NCBI GenBank assembly: GCA_951406725.2
Contig: OX597825.1
Span: 42,842,001-42,906,000, forward strand
Direction of reading: 5' to 3'
Source: Octopus vulgaris
Taxonomy: Eukaryota
DNA length: 64,000 nucleotides
Within the stretch, counting starts at the first letter, position 1. Every line of letters begins with the position of its first letter. Below the pieces are notes generated by a model. That model was not told the origin of the DNA, ran no database searches, and worked only from the letters and a program-made list of their open reading frames with translations. Of the stretch, positions 38,727 through 53,579 are shown piece after piece. A program made the translations under genes and the position numbers.

Positions 38727-39174
38727 TGTATGTATGTATGTGTGTATATATAGTTCAAATTTATAAAAAAAACAAAAGACGAAGACCACTATAGGAACAA
38801 CAAGCAAGTGTATTAGTTTGACACTCGGGAACATGGAGAAGTCTTTTACGTTTCGAGCCTACGCTTTCCAACAGAAAGAAATAAGAGTAAATAAATAGAG
38901 AGAGAAGGAACAAATCGTGTATTATTCAGCGGTTCAACATCACGATTGATTGGGATAGAAAGAGGTAAAATGAAAGTAAGATAAAAATAAAGAGGGGTTA
39001 AATGATAGGGAGATAATAATGGTGACCCCCACGAATGAGCTTTGTCTGTGGCTAAAGAGTCTTACACTCATTTCTTGCAATGCTCGTGCTCCCTGCACGC
39101 TTAGTCACTTTTAGTGACGGTGAATTATTTACTTTTTGGTTTTAAATTGTGTCTACCACCCTAATAATTATTAT

Positions 39175-39215
<41 letters not shown>

Positions 39216-39429
39216 AGGATAAAGACCCTTCTCAAGTCATATAAGATTTGATTTCCATGGCGTACTTATACTCCACCCTAGAGGACGCCAGACCGTCGCA
39301 GAAAATACTTATTGTCAGCTGAGTGGAGTGGAACACAGCGAAAGTAAGTGTTTTGCACAAGAACTTAAACGTATCATCCGGTCCAGGAATCGAAACCTCC
39401 ACGTGCCTCCACACACACACATCCTGGCT

Positions 39430-39716
39430 GGAAATGCGCTTTGTATTGTTTAAAGGTCTAGGTTCGTCCTCTTCCATTGAAAATGGACATAGTAAGAATA
39501 ATTTTCTAGATGTTAATTTAGATTTGGGTACGGGAACATACCAACCGAAGCACAAACCCAATGATAACTCTAAACACATTACATGAAAATGCAAATCATC
39601 CCCGAAATTTACTGTTTCTAACGTGAAAAATATTTCTCTTCATATATGTAGACTGTCGGCTAACGAGGACATATTCAAGAATAATCAAAAGTGCTACAGT
39701 AATAACCCACCTGAAG
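39430..39716 (+). mobile_element. Penelope-like RT fragment
   Basis: NFLDVNLDLGTGTYQPKHKPND...NHP...CRLSANEDIF. Confidence 0.65.
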
Positions 39717-39930
39717 TGGCGAGCAGTCAGAAACGTTAGCACGCAAGGGGAAATGCTTAGGGGTATTTCATCTGTCTTTACATTCTGAGTTCAAATTCCG
39801 CCGCGGTCGACTTTGCCTTTCATCCTTTCGGTGTCGATAAATCAAGCACCAGTTGTGTACTGGGGTTCATCTATATTGACTGGCCCCCTTCCCCACAAAA
39901 TTCGGGCCTTGTACCTAGAGTAGAAAAGAA
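39717..39930 (+). mobile_element. Full Meta-type SINE with 17-bp TSD
   Basis: TAATAACCCACCTGAAG at 39700-39716 and 39931-39947. Confidence 0.88.
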
Positions 39931-39949
39931 TAATAACCCACCTGAAGCT

Positions 39950-41824
39950 GGATAGAATTACCGAATACAGAATTGATTAAACAAATTGAAATGGACGGCC
40001 ACAAATACCTTGGTGTACTATTGTTGAACGGTATAATGGAGAAAGAAATGAATGAGCAACTGAGGATGGAATATTTCCGAAGACTAAGGTGGGTGTTGCG
40101 CTGAAAATTGAGTGGATGGAATAAAATGCAAGCAGTTAATACGTGGGCGATCGCATCCTTCAGTATGCATCTGGAATTGTAAAATGGCAAAATAGAGAAG
40201 TGATGAAAATGGATAAAAAGACAATAAAAATGTTGACAGCACACAGAGCCTAAAAGTAACATCGATAGGCACTACTTTTTCCGGCGAAAGGGTAGGAAAG
40301 GCATGATCAGTTGCCAGAACTGTATCGAAGCAGAGGAAAACAGATTAGGGTGGTATATGAAAAATACTGTGGAACCGTTATTGAAACATACGAAGAAGGC
40401 CGGCGTCATCAAAACTGAGAACTGTGTAAAGAAAGAAATATTTAAACAAGAAATGAAGGCAAACAAAAAAGAAACAGCATGGAAGGGGGAAAAGTGTACG
40501 GTCAGTTCGCAAGTGATGTGAACGCTAAGACAGATACGGAGGACCGGTGGCTGTGAATGAGGAGGAGTGTCCTGAAGATAGGGACAGAAGCACTCATATA
40601 TGCAGCTCATATACGCAGCAGTAAGAACCCACTATGCGAAGTGCAGAATAGAGAACTCTACCGACATCGACAAAAGCAGAATGTGTGGTGAGAGGGGTGA
40701 AACGGTTTGGCACATCGTTAGCGAATTCCTGAAATTTGTACAACGCGAATACAAAAGACGCCGTGACAACGTGGCAAGAATTATCCATTGGGAGCTCTGT
40801 AGAAATCACGGTCTACAAAAACAAAAACGTGGTATGTAGAAACTTCAGAAGGGGTCACTGAGAGTGAGAAACGCAAAATGCCGTGAGATGCATGATTCAG
40901 TGCTAGTGACTATACCTTGCTTCTTTTTAGGTAGACTATTCCGCACGTCTTGAGTCCGATTTCCATTCTAATATTATCAGCACTAAAACAGTGGACCGTG
41001 TTCACCAAAGTACTTGTGTCGCATCCTTGCCATATAGTTTCAAATCATCCATGAGAAGGAGATGGTTGATTGTTTGGGATTTTCCCTTTAGTTGGTGTCC
41101 CAGGTTCATTTTCTGTACTAAGTATTAAGGTGAAGGGTATTATGCAGAGAACTAAAAGCAACGGAGGTCGGCTATCACCATCGGAAATCCCTCTTCTGAT
41201 ACGCAGGATGCCCAAGCTTTTTCCGTAAGGTTTCAGTTCAGTTTTCCACCCTATCATGCTTCTCTTTAGGAAACACGTTGTATTCCTCGCATTACCAAAC
41301 AGATCTAAGCACGCGATGATCCACGAATGTGGATTCATATTATATACGTTGCGATAGTCAATTCAGGCCATTCCTAAATGTGTTCTCTTTCGTTTACAAT
41401 CTTGTTTACAGCTTTTTTGATCCGTTGGTAACATATCGTTCTCATCAAGAAATTTGTACAGTTCTGCAATTCCTCCTGACAATAACTTCCACATTAATGG
41501 GAAGCTAGAAATTGGCCAGTAATTATCAGCAGCATTTCCCTTCGATGCTTCCTTCTGACACATCACCGTTCCTCCTTTTGTCAACCAGTCCGGGATATCT
41601 TCTCCACTGAGCAATGCATGAAATTGCTCTGCGATCAATTTATGGCAACTACTTAACTTTTTTATTCAAAATCCAAGTACACCATCTGGTCCTACTGTTT
41701 TCTAGTTGCTTATCTTTTTACTCAAATTTCTGATACTGTCTTCTGTGAAGTGGGTAGTCTCTTGCTGAGGACAAGAAGCAGTTTCTTCTTGCTTACTGCA
41801 TATCTTACCCCAGAAAAGTCGAGA

Positions 41825-41825
<1 letters not shown>
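39950..41825. mobile_element. Degenerate R4/Dong LINE in two oppositely oriented, contiguous pieces
   Basis: Minus 41825-40910: PLMWKLL, PHSWI, IRRGISDGD, MDDL. Plus 39950-40900: KYLGV, NKMQAVNTW, RMCGERGETVWHIVSE. Confidence 0.8.
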
Positions 41826-41913
<88 letters not shown>

Positions 41914-43369
41914 ATACTAGTAGTAGTAGTAGTATATACATATGGATACATGCATACGTACATATATATATATATATATGTGTGTGTGTGCGTGTGTGTG
42001 TTACATTAGAATATGTGTAAACCTCTGGAAGGGCTGTTGTCATCCAAAGAAATACTGGTTCAATACCTAGTACTTTGGGGGAGTGAATTTCCTTAAAATA
42101 ATAGGTGTGTATAAAAACATATAGTTTATATTCATTTAAAAGAAGTAAAGAAAATGGAGATTAGGAGGTTTATATAATTGTTTATTATTAACAGCAAATT
42201 GGTCATCTTCACTTACAACCGTTTCAATGAATACTCAATAAGCATTAAATTTACATTTATGTGACATAAGCACAATATCATCAGAGGAGAAAAGATGCAC
42301 CTTTGGATGTTATATGTGTGATTATGAATTCCTTTTAGCAGACTGAATTTAGTCTCCCTTTTCTTTCCTTCTGTTATATATACAAATGACGTTTGATAAA
42401 CAGTTAACGGTTGATAACCTTAACAAGTGATATAAAGTGTACTGCTAACGCAGTCGAACACGGTATTGACTTATAAAAACGTTTAATATGCTTTATAGTA
42501 TATAATGGTTGTATATCGAAATCCCGTATCCCCGCAAGGAAGTCATATATATTTACAGATACACACACGCACACCCATAATTATGTATGTATATTATGCT
42601 ATGTACATACAACGCGCTTTCAAACAGTTTCCTTGCATCAAATTAATCCAAGAAGGAATTTAGGTAAATTTGATACAAGTTTTATTTGAGCTCCGGTCGG
42701 CCTAAAGGTTAAAGACACTTAACCTAAAGCGCCAGACGGAACTAAAACCCTAACCACGCAGTTACGAAGCGAATTTCTGAACCATACAACTTTATTCACC
42801 ATACAACATTGTGTGATCAGAGAATAAATTACCCTACGAATACGAACTAATATAGTTCTTAGATTTGACAGAAACAGGGTGGCTGATTCGTTGGTATAAA
42901 GGTAAAACAGTTGTGTTAACAAAAGGATGAGGGCTTGAGTCCCACGCGGATAGGGAAGCTTTCTTTTATCTGTTGAGGGATTATATGCCCCGTTATTAGA
43001 CTATTTTCCTTAGTCATTGCACGGTGATTGCCATAAGCTTTAAGCTTATATAAAAATACCAGCACCGTATAACAAAACTATTCGCACCGAAAGCATATAT
43101 ATATATATGTATGTATGCATATATCTACTCTATCTATCTATATGTGTATATATTAAACTTTTATAACGAGAAAGTTGAGAGTGACTTCAAAGTTACGACT
43201 AGCTCCCTTCGTCAGCCTATCTGACGAAGCCAGACAAGGTGAAATTTCGACTTGTCAACCTTCTTTCAAAATGTGTACTTTGTAATTCTTCACTTTAATT
43301 CTAAATGGTTTTGTATATAACGTGACATATCAACAAACAATAATACATAGGTGCGTGATGAGGTTTATG

Positions 43370-43550
43370 TAGGATGGATTGGCAGCTGGATGGATGGCGA
43401 GAAAGACGGACGGACTGTCGGACGGATTGACGGACGGATGGATGGATCGATCGATAGATCGACGGATCAACGGATGGATAGACGGATGGGTGGACAGTAG
43501 GAGGGATGAACGGATGGATGGACGGACGGATGGATGGATGGATGGATGAC
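43370..43550. repeat. Degenerate (GGAT)/(GGAC)n microsatellite
   Basis: Seen directly. Confidence 0.85.
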
Positions 43551-44479
43551 ATTTTTGACTATATAGAAAACTCTTAATGTATGTTTTATGCAGTCTAAGC
43601 GTACACGAACATGAAAAAATGTTTCCCTATATATGAATATAATTATAGTGAATTGCATCTACCTCTGAATAGTAAAATCAAAGACACTTTTGGTAGGTTT
43701 TGAACACAAAACAATAAGGAACATAACTGAAATGGTATAAAGCAATCTGACAAGAAGCATTTCTACCACACATTACCATTTTACAGAAATAGAAATATCT
43801 AAAGTGAAACCTACACCTATATAAATAACAAACATTCTCCATGTAAAAGAGAAAAATGCATCATACCATAATAAATATGACTTTACACGATTCCTAACAA
43901 AGACAAATATCCTATGTTGAAATTTTTCTCACTATTTGAGGAATCTTTTGCTATTTTTGTCAACAGCCAATGACAGCCATTTTGTACAATATTCTCTCAC
44001 TGCTTATCGAAATCTTATTTTATCTTGGTAAGTTGTAATTTCTTTGTGTGTAGAAGTAATCTCGAAGTAGTTTTATTATTTTTCGTTTTCATCTCCGGTG
44101 CTCTGTGACAGCTCTAAATCTTGAATTCACTTCAATATATATTTACAATATAGATCTAAAAATACTGATAATGGCATTATCTAACGTTAGGAGCCAAATG
44201 TTTTTGCTAAAATCGATATTTATGTAATAATTTACAATTGCACCAATCATTTCTGTTGCTGATCACGATGTCTAATGAACGTATATATACATAACACATC
44301 TAACTACAATTATAAGTACACATATAATCTTACGCAATTTTTCTCTTCCTCTTTCACTCAGATATACACGCATACGCATACATATACTCATTCATTCAGT
44401 TATTCCTTCATACATACATACATATATTAGAAAAGAATAAAACAAAAAAAAAAACAGTAAACAAAAAGTTTAACCGGAA

Positions 44480-47400
44480 TCAGGCAGCAGTGTACAGAGA
44501 CTTGAGAAAAGTTGTGAATATCATAGAAGCTCCTTCGCGAGAAGACATAGATTCTTTTTGGAGGAAAATCTGGAACGAAGAGATGGAACAAATTCGAAGT
44601 AATAATTGTCCCTGTATTACACCCAAGATATTGTTGGTGATAGCCTTGCAATCGTAATTGTTGATTTAAGAAGCTAACCTTGTACCGACCCACATCTTAT
44701 CATTCTGCACCAGCAAGCTTTCAGTGGAAATAATAGCATATCCTAATGGTTACCTCTGGTAGAGAAAAAACTGATATCCAAAATCAGAACCACCCACACC
44801 GCCAGTTGCATACCAGAACTTGATAAATAAAATATGTATACGGAAAGTTTAAACCTCCTCCTCCAAGACAATTGTGAAAGTAATAAGAGATGGCATCATA
44901 AACTTTCCGAACTAGTTATGTTTAATAAAAATCTAACACATTTACCTAAGTTTTAACATCACATCCTTCGACATAGTCACCTTGCACAGCATTCCTCCTA
45001 CTTCTGAAGTCCGGCCTGGACGTTTTTCCCGTCAGTCAATCGAGGACCTTCTAGATCTCGACAACAGTGTTAAAATGGCGAACAGTGAACTACATTTTCA
45101 TCTTGGAGAAGAGATGGAAGTCTGCAAGTGCTAAATCTGTCGAATGGGACGGATGTGAAAGCGATAACATGTTTTTGGCAAGACACTCACGAGTGAGGAA
45201 AGCTCACGTTCCGCAGATCTGGTCGATTTCGCGGAATGTCTTCCCTCAAACGCTTCACAACGTCGCAGAAGAACTTTCAATTGCCGGTCTGGCCCCGAGG
45301 AACGAATTCTCGATGCACAATACCACGGATGCCGAAAAACACTATGAGCATGCTCTTGATTGAGCTGACGCTCTGTCGTGCCTTCTTCGGTAGAGAAGAC
45401 GAAGGCCTCTTCTCTTGTGATGACTGCTGCTTCGTCTCAGGCTCGTCCAGGTAAACCCAACTTTCATCACTGGTGATGATCCTCAAACTGAAGGACGGGT
45501 TATCAGCGGCACGCTGGTGGAGATCTTGATACACTTCGATGCCATGTTCCTTCTGTTCATTGGACAAATTTGGCAGAGACACGCCGCAATTTAGACGTTA
45601 GGATTGCCTGCACGACCCCATACGACAGACCTACAACATCAGCAATGTTTTTGATGGTCCTTCGACGATCCTCATGCACAGCTGAAACATTTTCTCCACA
45701 TTTCCGAGGATGACGCTCGTGGCAGATCTGCCAGATAACTAATCGTTTTCCAGGGAGTTTCTTCTGCTTTTGAAGCGCCTCTACCACTCGAAACATTGCG
45801 TACAACACATTGCCGTGTTGCCGTAAGCTTGCTGAAACATGCTCAACGTCTCTCTAGCAGACTTCTCAATTTTGACGCAAAATGTCACGTTGGCTCTTTG
45901 TTTCGATTTTTTGTCCTTGATAAATTCGCAGACTGCAGAATACGCGTGATCACAAAATCACAATTTCACACCTTGCGAAGTAAACACAGCGATTTCACTC
46001 GTCACATTGCCTCATGATGGTCACTACTAGCTCTCATGGTGCACTCAACCGTGTGCTACCATCTCCTGATGCACTATAGAATTAGTCCAGGACCTTTTTG
46101 ATACTAACTTGTAGCATCATCATCATCACAGCAGAACAAGCCGCTGGGAAGAAAGGAGTCTAGGGATGCGCTGTTCAATTGTTGATAAACAAAAGTGTAA
46201 TGTCAGAGGTGCAGGAACTTCAGAGGAACCTAGCTTCAATATAGCTGGACTACAAGAAAGCCTTTGACTCTGTACCCCACTCATCGATGCTAGACGCCCC
46301 TCGACTTGCTAAAGTTCCATAGAGCATAGTCAAAGCTATAACTGATCTGACTTCAGCGCGGGCCATCACCTTGAAGTTAAATACAAGGAGTGATTGTATT
46401 TTATCACTGATAAAATACAGTATCGTAGAGGTACATTCCAAGGTACAGCCTCTCTGTGATATTGTTCATACTTTCAGTAAACACCTTGTAATTCATGTTG
46501 AGGAAGTTTGAAGGGTATCTCACTAGTTCACAAGGAAACAGAAATACCAAAATTACGCACTGCTTTATTGCCGATGACTTGGATCTGTATGTCAAGAGAT
46601 GAAAAATAGCCTTGACCTGATTACAGCATTATCAAAGGATGTAGGTTAGAGTTTGGATAGATATTTCTATATGGTTGTGAAAAGGAGGCAAATGTAAACC
46701 AGACTAGCAGCGTCTCTATCAATGACTTAACTGTTCTATATCGGATGAGGAATGTTACAGGTACCTAAGGATAGAGAAAAGCATATCTTGTGATGGTGCC
46801 TATGATAGGACACATATCACTAAAGATTTTTACAACAAGATAATCAAAATATGGACCTCTGAGGTCAAATATAACAGCGGCCCACACAATGTTTTGTACA
46901 GTATCAGTACTCATACCAACATTTGGACTACATGATTGGATCCTTGATGAGAAAATCTGGAAGATACTGACCAGCACAAATAATTTTCACATGAACAGCA
47001 AATAGGCCACCACTACCTATAACGAAAACAAGGAAGCAGAGGCTTAACATCGACCTTCGAATGTCGTACCATATCCATTCGGCAACATATTTTAACGACC
47101 AAGTATCAGAGTGCATCCTTTAACCAAGTTTGCATACACGAGACAGATCATGAGACGTGGAAAGCAGCTCCTCAAGCAACATTCCTTGTCTTATAACCTT
47201 GACTACCCGCCCAAAGATCTTGCACGACTCTACCGCTACATATCAGATGAAAAGATGAGCGTATATTAGCATGGATATGCTAGCAGAAAGTTCCGGGATG
47301 ATCGTAACATTGATATATCTGGTGCACAAATGGGATAGTGACGCATGTAAATCATCAAAATGTAATAACTGATGCAGACTTTGTGGAGTTAACACTGAAG

Positions 47401-47830
47401 ATACCATCCACGTCATAAGCAGTTGTTTCAAAAATGTCATCGCGGTAATATCTACTGATGAGACAAGATCCGTCGCAAAGATAATCCTGAGGTCAAAGAA
47501 ATAAGAACCATAACCTATCATGATAAGAAGGAGTACTGGTGAAATGTCTCAGTGAAAACCTGAATAAAATGTAAACATAATATGCCTGATATGGTAATTT
47601 GGGACAGCGAATTTTAGCATAAAGCTAAAGATCAATGGAAAAGAAAACACTTATTGGGAAAACTACAGTTACTCTATCCGGGCTACAATTTCAGGTTTAT
47701 CATACCTGTATTTATTGGGACACTGGAACATGTAAGGTGCTATCTAAGTACCAGTCTTGAGAAATTAGGCTTCCCAAAACCAGATAGATGATTCGAAGAC
47801 AACAGATCCAAGCCATCACTGGAACTAAAA
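44480..47830 (+). mobile_element. Highly degenerate R4/Dong-like LINE interrupted by a mariner
   Basis: FWRKIW before the mariner; EQAAGKKG, LDYKKAFDSVPHS, IADDL, CRLCG..TEDTIHVISSC and PDMVIWD remnants after it. Confidence 0.65.
44886..46111 (-). mobile_element. Mariner (Tc1/mariner) element, decayed transposase
   Basis: IITSDESWVY..EPETKQQS..KSMLIVFF..GIVHREFVP.GQT; degenerate TIRs (agagatggcatcataaactttccgaacta / tagtccaggacctttttgatactaacttg) flanked by TA. Confidence 0.85.
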
Positions 47831-48839
47831 AATTTTTAATTTAAAATACCCTTTAAGAATATATGCGCATGTCTAGACATGCAAATATATGCATGAATAT
47901 ACATAGACCAAAATAAAGCATAGAAATCTGCACATTGCACACATACACACATACATGCAAAATTACCTTGTTGATGTTGTTGAATCTCCAATGAAGGATC
48001 CTTGGATCTAGGTTAGAAACCAACCTTTTCTTTTTGGCAAGAAAATTTTGAAATGAAACTGAATAATGATATACTTAACCGCATTAAATCATTAAATTTA
48101 TGCTGAGATAGGGATTGAGTTGCCTCAAAACAAATGCTCATATTTAACAATTGAACGTGAAGAAACTGTTCTTCAGAACTCAAATTTTTGCATCTATGGC
48201 TTCTCTATCGCTTTTGCTCCTCAAAATGAATGCTCCGAATAACTAGGTATTCATGACTATATATCATACTAAGTTACTATTAACAAAAATAGAGTAACTA
48301 AAGAATAATACACTACACCAAAAGAGGATATGTCAGTTACACAAAAGCACTGAACATTGCTAAATGAACTGAGACAGCAAAGCCTTTAAATTTCCAAGAT
48401 CAAATCACAAATATTGATTATTTCATGCTTCTTTGGGAACAAAAACTCAAGAGTACATAACAATCTGTAACCGTCAAAAAATGTCATCGTGATACTACCT
48501 TCTGCGATTTGATATTTTTGCACAAGCAATATACAATATCATTCACAGAGATTACTGCCCCGGGATAATATGAACAGAAATTACACAGAAACACAGGGGA
48601 GCAAATGGAAAATTCACACGAGACTCTGATTGAATTATATAAATACGACGTTTCACCATGAAACAATTCTCAGTATATTCTGGGACTGTATGATATATTC
48701 TACCATATATTTTAGAATAAACTGGCTTTGAGCGTTCTTGTCTCTTATATACGATGATAGCACATATACACCACACATACAAATATGTGCATTACCAAGT
48801 TTAAGTCAAAACACAGAAATAATCTTTTCTACTATAGGC

Positions 48840-48990
48840 ACAAAGCCTGAAATTATGGCAGAGGGGGCTAGTCGATTACATCGACGCCAGTACTCAGCTA
48901 GTACTTATTTTATCGAACCCGAAAGGATGAAAGCTAAAGTCAACATTGGTGGCATTTGAGCTCAGAACATAAAAACGGACGAAATGTTTC
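48840..48990 (-). mobile_element. Partial Meta-type SINE
   Basis: gtacttattttatcgaacccgaaaggatgaaag. Confidence 0.65.
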
Positions 48991-49159
48991 ATGTACGTAA
49001 TAATAAACCCACAATTATATATACGCTAGTACACGTAACCACATACTTTTGTGTAGAGGGTGTAGTATCCATATATTTATGTGTAGAGGTATTATCGTCT
49101 ATAGAATCGATAAGAACGCTCAACGCTTGTATGGCAGAGTTTATTGCGGAGCAGATATA

Positions 49160-50434
49160 TCAAGCTGAGTAAAAAGTAAGCAACGTTTTGAAACATGAAA
49201 TTCATTGCAATGTATTTCAACAATGAGGAAATTTTATTCAAAGTAAGTACCATTACAATCAGTATATTTTTGCCAAAGAGTTGCAAGTTTGTTTATTCCG
49301 CTAACATAAAAATCTGGAGTTCTGGAGCTGATGGAATCTTTGAACGCCCTTTCGGCATCGCTTTGATGTTTGAACTCCTTCTCTTTCAGGAAACCATCAA
49401 GGTGCTTGAAAAAGTGGTAGTTGGAAGGAGAAAGGTCTAGGGAATAAGCTGGGTTGGGAAGAACTTCGTAGTCAAGTTTCCTCTACTTCTGGAGCGTCAT
49501 TAGTGAAACGTATGGTCGAGCATTTTCATGAAGAATGATTGGCCCTATTCTGTTGACCAGTCTGGGACGGAAAAGTAGCAATATTTCGTTCATTTTGGCA
49601 ATTTCATGGCAATATGTTTCTGCAGTAATGTTTTTTCCAGGTTTTAAGTAGTTATAGTGGATGGATCCAGCAGTACACCACCAAACAGTCACCATAACCT
49701 TCTTTTTGAAGAGCTTGGGTTTAGGGAAGGTTTTCGGTGCTTCATTTTGAGCCATCCACTGCGAAGAACGTTTTTTTATTATTGTACAGAATCCACTTTT
49801 CATCGCAAGTTACAGCACGGTCGAGAAATGGATCAGTCTGGTTACGGAGAAGAAGCGAAGAGCAAATTTAATATCTGCACATTTTCTGATTTTCATTCAA
49901 ATCGTGTGATACCCATGTGTCAAGTTGTTTTGATTTTCCAATCACATGCAAATGATTTCAGGTAACTTTGCTGTTAACTTGGAGATCTTTCGCCAGTTCT
50001 CGGGTGGTTTTATGCGGATCTTTCTCAAAGACGGTCTTTAATTGACCGTCATCAACGACAGATGGGCGTCCACTACGCTTACGATCTTCAAGGCTTAGGT
50101 CTCCACTGCGATATCGTTTAAACCATTTTCGAGTTGATCACTCACTGGTCATTTCCTCACCAAACATTTTGCTGATATCGCGAGCAGTTTCAGCTGCTTT
50201 ACGTCCTTTTTTGAAGGTGAATAGAAAAATTTCTCGAATGTTGCACTTTGACAGTTCCATTTCAGATGATTGTAACAATAGTGAAAAAAATCAATGTTAA
50301 TTTATTGATGCATTTGGGCAAGTCTATGTCTGTATTATCAAACAATTACAAAGAAATGTTTAAAAACAATTCAAAACTCTGCAAAAATCCGGTACAAATT
50401 ATTCATGGTTCAAAACGTTACTTACTGAACCTGA
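49160..50434 (-). mobile_element. Second mariner element, decayed transposase
   Basis: PKPKLFKKKVMVTVWW, LHENARP, YSLDLSPSNYHFF; degenerate TIRs containing aacgttttgaa / ttcaaaacgtt, flanked by TA. Confidence 0.85.
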
Positions 50435-52039
50435 TACAATATGCTATACACTCCCCATGATCCACTACAAATTGTTTCGTGGTGTTACGTTAGATTTTTG
50501 TAATTTTTATACTCGAACTCTTCTTACAATCAAGGTGGCTGGAAGTTGAGTTCACACTTGAAGAGTGAATAAAGTAAATTAACGCTAGATTCTCAAGATA
50601 AGTACTGAGGTACTTAGTTACTTGAATAATCGTCCCATCAGGTATTTAAAGTAATTGTATGTATTCATATATTTAGCTATTTGTGGTAGATTTTGCATCT
50701 GCGTGTTGCTGTTGCCTATAAGATTGTGAAAATCTGTCATTCCCGAATTTATCTTTGGTAAAAACAGATTGAAATCAGCTGTCGCTAAGGTGATGGCATT
50801 TACATTTATTCGTAGCAGCTTCCATTCGATATACGGTCGTATTTTTCTAATTTTAATTATTCCAGATATTACATAACACCCGAACAACGAGGTTCACATT
50901 TCCCAGAACAGTTTCTATAATTTTCACAGGGACAAATTTTGTATATATAATTTGTATATATAATTTGCAGTAGTTTATTTTGACATCTATGATGTTCTCA
51001 AATGATTTGTGAAATTTGTCTAGCAACATACGCATATCTCTTTCCCTCAAACCGATAAAACTTCTTTTTCTACAATTGCATAATTGTAAGCTAAATTCTA
51101 GTATATATATTATATACAGAATTTTGTTAAGGGGGAATAAATATAACTGTTATCGATTTAATCTGGCTTTTGAATGTTTCATTGCTGCGGACACAGTCTA
51201 CAAATTGGATTGGCAACTTGAACGCTGCCTACATGCCACTTATAAAACTTTAATAAAGAACGTCTACTTTTTATATCATAACCTAAATTCTATTTACTAT
51301 TTATGACTCAACGTATTTTCTATATTAGGAACATAATTTCAGTTTCATAACTAAAAACACATTTTGGTGGAATAAACATTATTACTCACACCATAGGTCG
51401 CAGGCATACAAGCGCACACACACACATACACAAATACACATTACTAAGATGCATACATATATACATATCGGCACACGCGTGTGTATGTATGCTATATGTA
51501 TGTGTCTATTGTGCGTGTATAGTTCCTAATGGACATCATCTGCGCTGCATTATATGACTCTATCAGATCTTCTGTATTAGCTTTTTAATGCTTTATTTTA
51601 TTTTTTCGCTTTCTTTTCCCTGTCTTTCTAGTTAAGAAAATACCAACATCAAGGAAGTAAGACGCCAGCCTTCTCAAAAGGGAGCAATTTTTGTTTGTAT
51701 TTTAAGCGATTATCAATATTCTTTGTCTAGTAATGTAAATAAAGCGAAAAATATAAGTTGTTCTTTTCTTTATATTTCCCAAGTTCCTCAATTCAAAATG
51801 TGATGGAGAACGATGCGTATTTTTCATGAGTATTCTTAGTTTGTTCTCGTTATTGACTCTATTTGGAACAGACAATGCTATTACACAAGATGCAAATATA
51901 AATTACCCACTTCTATAATGTAATTAAAATTACGGCTATTTTCACTTAGCATTTGCAGTGTTGTAGTCATAAATTTTAGAATCTAAATTCAGTTTGTTTA
52001 GGTATTTAGTGTAGTCGGAAAATCGTCGCTCTTTTCAAA

Positions 52040-52300
52040 CCTCGTCAGGCTCATGGGCCCGGTTTCCCGGTTTCGGTGGCGTATATGTACCTTCCCGCCA
52101 AAAACAAAAAAAAACAAGAAGAGAGAGAAAGTTGTGGCGAAATATTAGAATAGGGGTCGCTACCACCAACTGCCGGAGCCTCGTGGAGCTTTTGAAGTGT
52201 TTTCACTCAATAGACACACACAACTCCCGGTCTGGGAATCGAAACTGCGATCATCCGACCGCGACTCCGCTGCCCTAACCACTGGGCCATTGCGCTTCCA
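52040..52300 (-). mobile_element. tRNA-derived SINE
   Basis: Minus strand atggcccagtggttagggcagcggagtcgcggtcg..gtttcgattcccagacc; same family as 38130. Confidence 0.7.
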
Positions 52301-53339
52301 CATTTGGTGTAGTAACACATACTAAATAAACAGAATGATGACAAGATTAACATAAAATATAACGTTAATATCGTAATGGAACACAAAATACAAGATGACT
52401 CCAAGTTTTTAATTAAAATTTAATTCATTTAACATCTCTTTGAAATTCTACGAATGATATACGATATATACTGTTTCCATTTTGCCTCAAGCAGGCAGCA
52501 TTGAGCAGATTTCTAGCCAGTTATCACCAAATTATGAATGTGATGCTTTCTAAGTGACACCCATTTTCTCCATCATAGATGGCAGCGATTTATATCCCCG
52601 CTAGCGATATAACCAAGAGTGCATTTTGCACCAAAAGCTAATATAAGAATTTATCTCATGGTAACTACCGCAGTTTTGTTTGTTCTGACAGAAAATTCAC
52701 GTTAAAGTGGACATAGATATCAATACTAGATTCTTCAGGATTTATTCTTTCCAATTAGGGAAATGGAATCGCTATATGTAAGTAGTATCACGATATTGTT
52801 ACCGAATATATATGAATCTCGCTCTATAATAATGTATCTTCAAAAAGGAATTTTTCTACGAATGACGAAATAGAGTAAAGATTTACGATTTCGCCATGAA
52901 GTAGTTTATAGAAGGGTTTATTAAGATTAAATGCTAATTTCAAACAGACAGACATTAGCAATAATTTTAAGCGTCCCCATTGCAATGATAAATCCTACAT
53001 TTGCTGATATGACCAAATGCACACCTGAAATATGGTTGAAATATACGTATCGCAAGGGAGAACAGTTTTGCTCACGCTATCAAATGCTATGCCAGTGTGC
53101 AGCAAACTTCATATTAAACAACTGAATTGTGATAGTCCTGTGGCCTTCGTTTAGGATGGTCGCTGCCCATCAGATACCAGTTATTTACCTTCATAAGAAA
53201 ACAATCGAAAAACAGGTTTCTTTTTTCGTTTTCCGACCAAACATGAGATGGAAGTTTTGAATTTCCGCTTCATACTACGGTATTTCGAGACTGAAAATAG
53301 AGAAACATTATGATTTTGAATATATAGGCGCGCGCATGT

Positions 53340-53370
<31 letters not shown>

Positions 53371-53579
53371 AATACACACACACATACATACGTGTAGACT
53401 CACACAAACACTTGTATGTGTGTATGTGTATGCCTGTATGTGAGTGTACACATGTATACACACAAACACACACGCATACGAATGCGCGTGCGCATACACT
53501 TTCACACACACATACGCACACATGTTCATAAATTTTTTTAACGGGACAAAACAAATTCATATTTCAGAATATTAATTTT

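Noticed and set aside
42878-42952. tRNA-like sequence with A/B-box resemblance
   Set aside because: No cloverleaf can be formed; at most a decayed SINE head.
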